Below, one piece after another: positions 46,907 to 54,799 of a stretch of DNA of 64,000 nt. The translations under genes and the position numbers were made by a program. Source of the DNA: Anaerolineae bacterium (GTDB lineage Bacteria; Chloroflexota; Anaerolineae; Anaerolineales; E44-bin32). Under the pieces are notes generated by a model. It was not told the origin of the DNA. It was given only the letters and a program-made list of their open reading frames with translations, and did no database searches. Location of the stretch: contig DUEZ01000064.1 in NCBI GenBank assembly GCA_011174825.1, forward strand, positions 17,512 through 81,511. Direction: 5' to 3'. The number at the start of each line of letters is the position of its first letter. Position 1 is the stretch's first letter.

Positions 46907-48478
46907 ATGACCGTTGTTGGCGCATTTTGTGTAAGTGTGAATAGAGAGGTTTGTATCAACTCACGTATGCCGGGAAAATGTGCGACGTGCGCTGAGGTCT
47001 GCCCACATGGTGTTTTTGCCCTCGATGCTTATACAGGTGAGATGAGAATCAGAAATTATAACGCCTGTGTAGGTTGCCGAATCTGCGCCGAATTTTGCCC
47101 GGAGGATGCAATTCGCATCAATCCGGCTGAGTCAGAATACATCGCACGCTTTCCATGGACATTGTCGACAGTTGAAGAGATCCACCACAAAGCTCAAACT
47201 GGTGACTACCTGTTGCGCGGGTTCGGCACCCAGCAGCCGACACCCCATTTCGACACGATCACTGTAGTTCCAAGCCAGATCGCCAGTCCTGAACCCCGGG
47301 ACAAATACCGTGAAGAGTGTGATTTGGAAGTGGTGATCGGTGAGGACACGTGTGAAAAACCCCTCCACCTCAAACTGCCGTTTGTATGGCCGGCCATGTC
47401 ATTTGGCGCGTTGAGCAAAGAAGCCAAGATGGCCTTGGCTATCGGTGCGGCTCAAACTGGTATTGCAACCAATACCGGTGAAGGTGGCCTTTTAGATGAA
47501 GAGATGTGGCTATCTCGTGGCTATGTCGATCAGAATTTCACCAAGAAAGAATGGGAGCCTGGTGGGTATTTGATCATCCAATGGTCCACTGGAAGATGGG
47601 GAGTATCTGCAGATTATGTCAACAATGGTGACGCGGTCGAAGTTAAGATCGGCCAAGGTGCAAAACCCGGCATGGGGGGACATCTGCTTGGCACAAAAGT
47701 GACAGAAGAAATAGCGCGGGTCCGTGGAATTCCAGTCGGTTCAGATGCGCTTAGCCCTTGCCGATATTACGATGTCCAAAACCTAGAAGATATGAAACAC
47801 ATGGTCGATTTCCTGCGCGATGTCACCAATTATCAATTCCCCATCCTTTTCAAGCTAGGACCTTCACGCCCCTATGATGATGTCGCTGCTTGCATCGAGC
47901 TTGGCGCCGATGCGATCAGCATCGATGGATTGGTCGGTGGCACGGGCTGCTCACCCGATATCGTTACACAAGGTGTGGGCATTCCTACCATCGCTTGTCT
48001 CCCCCCAGCTGTTCAAGCACTGAAGGATCACGGCGTCCATCGAAAAGTAAAACTGATTGCATTGGGGGGCATCCGCAACGGTCTGGATGCATTCAAGGCA
48101 ATGGCAATGGGAGCCGACGCGGTTGGTTTCGGCAGCGCAGCGGAGATTGCTATGGGCTGCCGTGTCTGCTACGCTTGCCAGAAGGGTAACTGTCCATATG
48201 GCATAACGAGTCAGAAACCCGAAATGCGCGCACGTCTTGACCCGATTGAGGTCGGGCAGCGGTTAGCAAATTTCATTCATGCCTGCGCTGAAGAGGTCAA
48301 AATTCTAACGATGCTTTCAGGCCACAATAGCATTTCCGACCTTTCGACCGAGGATCTGCGCGCGATGGACATGAACACGGCGGCTTTGACCGGACTAAAA
48401 TTAGCCGGTTATGATCGTCCATTGTCATTCTGGGAGGAGGGATACAAGCCTGTAGCCATGAAGGCCAACGGCAACTAG
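46907..48478 (+). CDS. Archaeal-type glutamate synthase FMN-binding domain protein with N-terminal 2x[4Fe-4S] ferredoxin domain
   Basis: 523 aa. CATCAEVCP / CVGCRICAEFCP is followed by EVKIGQGAKPGMGGHLLGTKV, SIDGLVGGTGCSP, LGGIRNG and the C-terminal GCRVCYACQKGNCPYG (3Fe/4Fe cluster region). Confidence 0.85.
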   Translation: MTVVGAFCVSVNREVCINSRMPGKCATCAEVCPHGVFALDAYTGEMRIRNYNACVGCRICAEFCPEDAIRINPAESEYIARFPWTLSTVEEIHHKAQTGDYLLRGFGTQQPTPHFDTITVVPSQIASPEPRDKYREECDLEVVIGEDTCEKPLHLKLPFVWPAMSFGALSKEAKMALAIGAAQTGIATNTGEGGLLDEEMWLSRGYVDQNFTKKEWEPGGYLIIQWSTGRWGVSADYVNNGDAVEVKIGQGAKPGMGGHLLGTKVTEEIARVRGIPVGSDALSPCRYYDVQNLEDMKHMVDFLRDVTNYQFPILFKLGPSRPYDDVAACIELGADAISIDGLVGGTGCSPDIVTQGVGIPTIACLPPAVQALKDHGVHRKVKLIALGGIRNGLDAFKAMAMGADAVGFGSAAEIAMGCRVCYACQKGNCPYGITSQKPEMRARLDPIEVGQRLANFIHACAEEVKILTMLSGHNSISDLSTEDLRAMDMNTAALTGLKLAGYDRPLSFWEEGYKPVAMKANGN

Positions 48479-48588
48479 TATTCCAGAGGAAAGATCATCT
48501 CGTGAATACATCCTGAAAGCTAGAATCACTCTGTTCAGTATAGCGTTTGTACTGCGCATTGTTTCTTAGACCTTGAAACGTCAAAGGT

Positions 48589-48616
48589 GGGTTGCTCGAT
48601 GCAACCCGTTGGTTTT
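48589..48616 (+). terminator. Candidate terminator after the redox/glutamate-synthase operon
   Basis: gggttgc-tcgat-gcaaccc, followed by gttggtttt. Confidence 0.5.
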
Positions 48617-48802
48617 AACTGACATACGTTTCTGCGTATTTCTCATGGCTTCTTAATACGCTCAAAGCCACGCATTTTGTTGAGTCCTTTTACTGTCGCC
48701 ATGGTAAGATTTCCCTCAAGAAACCTGCTTTATACAAACTCAATTCTCCCATCCGATTAGAGTGTCCAGCGAATGGCTATTGTTATCAAGGAGTAGATCG
48801 CT

Positions 48803-50077
48803 ATGAAACCATTATCTGATGGAACCATTCCTCCCGAAGGAAGTGTGTACTGGATTGCCCTGAAGCAATTTGATGAAGCTGCGGACATTCTTAATCTGGA
48901 TGATGGTATGCGTGATCTATTGCGCCATCCCAAGCGCGAATTAACCGTGACCTTCCCTGTATGCATGGACGATGACTCACTGCGTATGTTCACCGGGTAT
49001 CGTGTTCATCATAATACTGTCCGTGGGCCAACAAAGGGAGGTATCCGCTACCACCCAATTGTGAATTTAGACGAGATACGCGCCCTGGCGATGTGGATGA
49101 CGTGGAAGTGCGCTGTTGTCAATATCCCCTATGGTGGTGCAAAAGGAGGTGTAATTGTCGATCCCGATGAGTTAAGCATTCATGAACTTCAAAGACTCAC
49201 CCGTCGTTTTGCTACGGAAATCTCCATTCTCATGGGCCCAGAAGGCGATATCCCCGCTCCCGATGTCAACACGAATCAACAGACCATGGCTTGGATCATG
49301 GACACGTATTCGATGCACAAGGGGTACTCCGTGCCAGCGGTTGTGACTGGTAAACCGATCGAGATCGGCGGAAGCATGGGCCGTCTATCGGCTACGGGTC
49401 GAGGTGTGATGATTACAACGCGCGAAGCACTCAAGATGCGAGGCAAGACCTATTCAGATGTAACCGTTGCGGTGCAAGGCTTTGGTAATGTTGGCTCGGT
49501 GGCTGCAGAGATAATGTCCGCCGAGGGTGCTACCATTGTTGCCGTATCCGACGCGTCTTGCGGTATTGCCAACCCCAAGGGATTGGATATCAAGGCCTTA
49601 AAATCCCATGTTGCTCAGAACAAGCTCCTAAAAGGTTTCCCTGGTGGCGACGTTATCACCAATGAAGAACTGCTGACGTACAAGTGTGATGTCCTTGCAC
49701 CGTGTGCACTGGAAAATCAGATCACATCAAAAATCGCTGATCGTGTGCAAGCATCTTTTGTGGCTGAAGGAGCCAATGGCCCTACAACCCCAGAGGCAGA
49801 TATCATCCTTGAGGATAAAGGTGTTTTCATCGTCCCTGATATCTTATGCAATGCCGGGGGTGTTACATCGTCTTACTTTGAATGGGTCCAGGATTTGCAA
49901 TCATTTTTCTGGACAGAGAATGAGATTGATGAGCGTCTTGAAAGAATTCTAGTGGAGGCTTTCCGCGATGTGATGGCCGAAGCAAAGAAACGCAAAGTTG
50001 GGAGACGTATGGCAGCACAATGTTTGGGTATAAAACGCGTCGCCGATGCAACAAGGGCACGTGGTATTTACCCATAG
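48803..50077 (+). CDS. gdhA: Glutamate dehydrogenase (Glu/Leu/Phe/Val dehydrogenase family)
   Basis: 424 aa. [18 protein letters not shown] (catalytic Lys region) and the GFGNVG dinucleotide fold are present. RBS is caaggag. Confidence 0.9.
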   Translation: MKPLSDGTIPPEGSVYWIALKQFDEAADILNLDDGMRDLLRHPKRELTVTFPVCMDDDSLRMFTGYRVHHNTVRGPTKGGIRYHPIVNLDEIRALAMWMTWKCAVVNIPYGGAKGGVIVDPDELSIHELQRLTRRFATEISILMGPEGDIPAPDVNTNQQTMAWIMDTYSMHKGYSVPAVVTGKPIEIGGSMGRLSATGRGVMITTREALKMRGKTYSDVTVAVQGFGNVGSVAAEIMSAEGATIVAVSDASCGIANPKGLDIKALKSHVAQNKLLKGFPGGDVITNEELLTYKCDVLAPCALENQITSKIADRVQASFVAEGANGPTTPEADIILEDKGVFIVPDILCNAGGVTSSYFEWVQDLQSFFWTENEIDERLERILVEAFRDVMAEAKKRKVGRRMAAQCLGIKRVADATRARGIYP

Positions 50078-50156
50078 AAGGTGATTGTTTTATTCCTCCA
50101 CATAATTCTTTAATGATAGATGTTTAAAATAGTCGTAGTCGTAGTGCCTGGGGATT

Positions 50157-50446
50157 TGTGGAAAGGGGTGTTAACCACGGGGTATTTGCCTAGGGCTGGG
50201 GGTGATTTAGGTTCTTAACCTATATATGGGAGTGATTATAAAGCAGGGCTTCCACAGCGACCATGTGGATGGTTGGTGGACAGGGTTGACCGTCTGTCGA
50301 TGACATGGTGGTAGGTTGAAATTATGGGGAGAGCATGTCTCTATACCCCATATATGGCGGTTTAGGTTGGGAATCAGAAACCGGAAATGGACAAGTTTTC
50401 CCCAGAAAATGCAAGTTTTCCACAGCTGTGAAGGGGGTTATCCACA
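50157..50446. promoter_or_regulatory. Cluster of DnaA-box-like 9-mers in a non-coding spacer
   Basis: TTATCCACA is perfect at 50438-50446. TTTTCCACA at 50416-50424 has 1 mismatch. Reverse-orientation TGTGGATGG (50264-50272) and TGTGGAAAG (50157-50165) have 2 mismatches each. An AT-rich stretch lies at about 50090-50135. Confidence 0.4.
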
Positions 50447-50480
50447 GGTTGAGTTGCTTGTAGTGTTATCAGTACCTCAA

Positions 50481-51140
50481 CTACTGCTGATCCATACCCA
50501 GTTCATCCATGATCCGTTCCGCCGCCAGCCGAGCGGAGACAAGCGCCGTAGGCACACCCGTGCCGGGGTGTGTGCTCGCCCCGGCGAAGTACAGGTTGCG
50601 GTAGCGCGCATGCCGGTTGTGAGGACGCATATAAGCCAGCTGGGTGAGCGTATGACTCAAGCCGTGTGTGGCTCCTTTGAAAAGGTTGTATCGCTTCCGC
50701 CAACTGCAGGGTGTATAACACACCTCGAGCTTGATATGCTCACGAACCGTGCCGATCCCGATCGAGGCCAGACGCTTGAAGATCGCCTCACGCGCCTGAT
50801 CGCGCACCGACTGCCAATCCTCGTCGGGGTAGGCATCCAGATTCCCGACCGGTACGATCCCGATCAAGTTGTCACATCCCGCAGGCGCCAGTGAGGCGTC
50901 AAGTCGCGCGGGCGCATGGACATACAGACTGGGTCGCTCAGGCAGTTCGCCGTCCTGCAAGGCTTGAAATCCGCCCCGATAATCTTCCGCAAGGAAGAGC
51001 ATATGCGGCTTCAGCCCTGAGATCTCACGGTCCAGGCCCCAGAAGAAGGAGATCGTCGAGCATGAATAGCGCTTGCGGAGGATTGGGTTGGCGTGTGCAT
51101 GGTCCTTATTGCCCTTGTACGTCTTGTTCGCATTCAGGGT
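50481..51140 (-). pseudogene. 5'-truncated phytoene desaturase (CrtI-family) gene remnant
   Basis: The open frame encodes only the C-terminal part of a CrtI-like enzyme, which I recall as roughly 500 aa (SCSTISFFWGLD...LYVHAP...FAGASTHPGTGVP). An in-frame TAG at 51141-51143 ends it upstream, with more stops beyond. There is no room for the N-terminal FAD domain before the next gene at 51442. Confidence 0.65.
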
Positions 51141-51441
51141 CTATGATCGAGGCGAAATGCCGTGCGCACCTGACACAAACCTGATATTAAGACCACGACA
51201 TGCTGCGTTGGTATTTCAGGTTGAAATATCCACTTTTGAGGGGAACCATCGAGGACCTATACGAGTCTAGGATGGCAAAAGTTACAAGGACGGGTTTCGG
51301 ATTACCTTCAATACATCCTTGGATAAGCTTCGCCCAAACTGGGCATATAAGCTACAATCCGTCTTTGATTTGATGTAGCAACAGTGTGGGTCATTGAAAA
51401 AGCCGATCACAAGTTTATAAACGCTTTGTGAGGAAATCAGC

Positions 51442-53466
51442 ATGTCGAAAAAAACAGCACTGAAGCCCTTTACACCCGAAGACATCCGCAGGATACGCTT
51501 CGTCTCCGATCCGATGGTGCACCCAGATGGAAAGCGCGTCGCCTATGTGGTGCGAACGGTCGATAAGGATCGGAGTAAAAACCGCTACCGGGCGGAAATC
51601 AGGCTTACCGATCGAACGGGTCGTCGGCAGCGTGTGCTGACAGCAGATGAGATGGACTCGGACTCACCGAGCTGGTCTCCTGATGGACGTTATTTACTTT
51701 TCCTGAGCAAGCGTACCGGGGACGAGAAGAAGCAGATCTATCTGCTGCCTGCTGACGGAGGCGAGGCGCGTCGCCTGACTAAGGTCGAAGGTGGTGTCAG
51801 ATCGGCTGAGTGGTCACCGGATTGTAGGACCATCGCTTTCCTCTCCCCCACAGACCCACGAGGTGAATATAGTGCGAAGATTGGGGATGGTAAGCCATTC
51901 ACCGATGAGATACAGGTGCTCGATCATGCCTTGTGGCAATTCAATGCCATAGGCAGTCGATTGGACAAACGCCTTCACCTCTTCGTAGTTCCCCGACGGG
52001 GAGGTCGACCGGTGCAGCTGACCGACGGTCCTTGGAGCGTCGGTGGCCCATTTTACGGTGCGGTCGCCTATAGCTTCTCCACGGATGGAAAGCATATTTA
52101 TTACCTCGCTACGCCCGAGCCGGAGGATGATTGGGCCGCAGCTAGGCGGGTGGACATCCATGTTGTGGATCTTGATGGAAGGAATCGACGACGTATTACT
52201 GACTTCCCTGGGTTATTTGTAGCGGTGAGACAAAGCCCAACCGGTGAGTTGCTGGCGATCGGCAGTGACTTGGCTCGCGGTTATGCCTCTCCAAACCGCA
52301 TATGGCGCATCGACCCGAAGAAGGGTAAATATCAAGCCCTGCTCCCCGATATGGATCTGTCGATTGGGGATGGTTTGGTCGCCGATGTGAAGTTCCCAAC
52401 CAAATACCACGATCCATGGATCTCACCGGATGGGAAGCGGGTTCGAATGCGGATCACACAGCGGGCCACGGTCCGACTGGCCGAGGTGGATCTCGAAGGA
52501 GAAAGCTTTTCCTGGCTGACACCAGACGATCTAGGCGTTATTGGGTGGCACAGCAATCCGCAAGGCGACCTGAGGGTCGAGATCCGCTCGACGATGACGG
52601 CCCTTCCCGAGCTTTGGTCTATCGATGAGCAGGGGGTGGAACGGCGCATCACCCGCCTTAATGATCGCCTCTTGGCCAGGCGCAAGGTCTTCCCCGGGCG
52701 ACCGGTCCACTTTACCGCCTCCGATGGAGAGCAGGTCGAGGCATGGATTCATCTCCCACGAGGGCGCCCTAAGGGGGGCAGTCCTCTCGTCTTAGCGATC
52801 CATGGTGGACCTAAGGCGATCTATGGACACATCTTTTTCTTGGAGTTCCAGATGTTGGCTGGGGCGGGGATGGCCGTCGCCTTCTCTAACCCACGCGGCT
52901 CGGACGGCTACGGAGAGGAATGGGCACAAGCCGTTCATGGACATTACGGCGAAAGGGATTACCAGGATCTGATGGAGTTCGTCGACCATCTCCTCTCGCT
53001 CGACTTGGGACTGAATCCAGAGCGTCTAGGTGTGTGCGGAGGTTCGTATGGTGGTTTCATGACCAACTGGATCATCGGGCACACCGATCGTTTCAAAGCC
53101 GCCGTCAGTCAGCGGGGGATAACCAATTGGGTGAGCTTCTTTGGGACGAGCGATATCGGCTACTTCTTCAACCCGGATCATGTCGGGGGTCTGCCATGGA
53201 GCGATCCCGATCTGTATGCCGAAAAGAGCCCCTTGACGTATGTTGAGAACATGCACACACCGCTCTTGCTGATTCACAGTGAAAACGACCTGCGTTGTCC
53301 CTTGGAACAGGCTGAGCAGCTCTTTATCTACTTACGGAGGCTGGGGAGGACAGTGAGATTGGCCATCTTTCCAGAAGAGACCCACGAACTATCCCGCTCT
53401 GGAAAACCCAATCGCCGCATGGAACGTCTGCGCTTGATCCTGGGATGGTTTGGGGAGCGGTTGTGA
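51442..53466 (+). CDS. S9-family serine peptidase (acylaminoacyl/prolyl oligopeptidase-like) with N-terminal beta-propeller
   Basis: 674 aa. It has TolB-like propeller repeats (SWSPDGRYLLF, EWSPDCRTIAF), the catalytic GGSYGGFM, and a C-terminal D...H region. Confidence 0.85.
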   Translation: MSKKTALKPFTPEDIRRIRFVSDPMVHPDGKRVAYVVRTVDKDRSKNRYRAEIRLTDRTGRRQRVLTADEMDSDSPSWSPDGRYLLFLSKRTGDEKKQIYLLPADGGEARRLTKVEGGVRSAEWSPDCRTIAFLSPTDPRGEYSAKIGDGKPFTDEIQVLDHALWQFNAIGSRLDKRLHLFVVPRRGGRPVQLTDGPWSVGGPFYGAVAYSFSTDGKHIYYLATPEPEDDWAAARRVDIHVVDLDGRNRRRITDFPGLFVAVRQSPTGELLAIGSDLARGYASPNRIWRIDPKKGKYQALLPDMDLSIGDGLVADVKFPTKYHDPWISPDGKRVRMRITQRATVRLAEVDLEGESFSWLTPDDLGVIGWHSNPQGDLRVEIRSTMTALPELWSIDEQGVERRITRLNDRLLARRKVFPGRPVHFTASDGEQVEAWIHLPRGRPKGGSPLVLAIHGGPKAIYGHIFFLEFQMLAGAGMAVAFSNPRGSDGYGEEWAQAVHGHYGERDYQDLMEFVDHLLSLDLGLNPERLGVCGGSYGGFMTNWIIGHTDRFKAAVSQRGITNWVSFFGTSDIGYFFNPDHVGGLPWSDPDLYAEKSPLTYVENMHTPLLLIHSENDLRCPLEQAEQLFIYLRRLGRTVRLAIFPEETHELSRSGKPNRRMERLRLILGWFGERL

Positions 53467-53508
53467 GGGGGGATTGAAGAAAATTTTCTTAGCGATGTTA
53501 ATCTGATA

Positions 53509-53556
53509 CAGGGATCAGGGATAAGGTATAAAGCCTGATCCCCAATCCCTGATCCC
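53509..53556. repeat. GGGATYA / TRATCCC heptamer hairpin
   Basis: cagggatcagggataagg - tataaag - cctgatccccaatccctgatccc, about 40 nt downstream of the peptidase stop. Confidence 0.8.
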
Positions 53557-53659
53557 TTTATTACATCCCTTATGACAGGCAAATTAGCTAGACATAAAAA
53601 AAAGAAAGGGCGCAGGTATCCCGCGCCCTGATGAATACCATTCCCTCTCTAAGTAAGGA

Positions 53660-54199
53660 TTAGTGGCTGCAGACCGGTGCCTCCCAGGCCTCTACGTGAC
53701 TGATGTCTTGGCATCCCTTCCCTCGACCGACTTTCTCCCATTCAATACGGCTGGTCTGGATGCCAACTTGGTAGCACCCATCGTTTGACCCAGGTACGTC
53801 GAAATTAAAATACCCTTGGCCGGATTTGATGACGACGGTTGCGATCGGATCTGTGGGGTACCATACGCCGTGTCTTGAACCTGGCAAGAGCGTACACCAG
53901 TTGCTTTGATCGCACTGAGATCCGCCACGACTCTCATCGAGATAGATACAGGGTTCCTCTGGCTCTTCCCCCGACGATTCATCACCTGGGTCTCCCCTGG
54001 GGGAACCCCCATCTTCACCATCTTCCACAGCGGCAACTTGACACTTTTCCGGTTCCATCGAGTTGACCATTTGGCAGAAGATGTCGCCAGCACTGTCAGA
54101 GAGCGGAACCAAAATCAAGACCGACAGCAGCAGGATCGGTGGAATGAGGGGCATGTACTCGGCGAGAGCTTGTCCTCTTTCACTCAAACGGATTTTCAT
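53660..54199 (-). CDS. TadE/Flp-pseudopilin-like N-terminus fused to a Cys-containing acidic C-terminal domain (orphan)
   Basis: 179 aa. MKIRLSERGQALAEYMPLIPPILLLSVLILV fits the G/xxxxE(Y/F) prepilin-like motif followed by a hydrophobic helix. No tad/cpa genes lie nearby. Confidence 0.55.
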   Translation of the reverse strand: MKIRLSERGQALAEYMPLIPPILLLSVLILVPLSDSAGDIFCQMVNSMEPEKCQVAAVEDGEDGGSPRGDPGDESSGEEPEEPCIYLDESRGGSQCDQSNWCTLLPGSRHGVWYPTDPIATVVIKSGQGYFNFDVPGSNDGCYQVGIQTSRIEWEKVGRGKGCQDISHVEAWEAPVCSH

Positions 54200-54583
54200 G
54201 ATTCCCTCCTTTCGTTCCCCGAGCGATGAATAATGATGTCCGCTGAGGAGCGAAGGTTTTTGTAGCTCAGTGAGCCGTATTTAGGTTGTTAATCATTGGC
54301 CCCGTGGAGGGCTTTTGCCGGAGATCCACGGGGCTTCTATGCAGATCTGTGGCAAGCGCATTTATGTTGCGCTTGCGGTACTCCGGCAGCTGGCTGTCAT
54401 GGCTTCTATCGAAACTTTAGACCCTGTAGCTTTGCGCCGTCGCCTTTCAGCGAGTTTGCCCTTTTCGGAGAAAATGTAAGTATTTTCTTACTTACATACT
54501 AACATAAGGGGTGGAAATACTGGCTAACAGCGGGCTTACGTATCACTTACAGGGAACTTGCACAACTGGATGAACTGATTTCG

Positions 54584-54668
54584 TTGCGCCTGGATGCTGG
54601 GATAGTTTGGTGAGTGGTTGTGAGGGAGGGATAGAAAGAAGATCTCTTGAGCAAAGTCATTCTGATAA
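54584..54668 (+). pseudogene. Decayed duplicate of the S9 peptidase 3' end
   Basis: ctgggatagtttggtgagtggttgtgagg matches ctgggatggtttggggagcggttgtgagg (53440-53468) at 26 of 29 positions. The similarity continues into the downstream spacer. The copy carries an in-frame TAG. Confidence 0.6.
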
Positions 54669-54723
54669 GGGGATTAGGGATCAGGGATCAGGAGTTAAAC
54701 CTAATCCCTGATCCCTAATCCCT
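54669..54723. repeat. GGGATYA / TRATCCC heptamer hairpin
   Basis: ggggattagggatcagggatcagg - agttaaa - cctaatccctgatccctaatccct. Confidence 0.85.
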
Positions 54724-54799
54724 ACTGTAAATGCCTACTATGAGGCCCGGGTGCATTGTCCCTCGAGCATAAATCCTTTGTGACCTCCCGTCCTTATGT

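Noticed and set aside
50316-50894. 192-aa plus-strand ORF spanning the DnaA-box spacer and the crtI remnant
   Set aside because: Its 3' two-thirds is antisense to the CrtI-like frame, which has clear homology-type motifs. Its 5' part has no RBS and covers the repeat/DnaA-box region.
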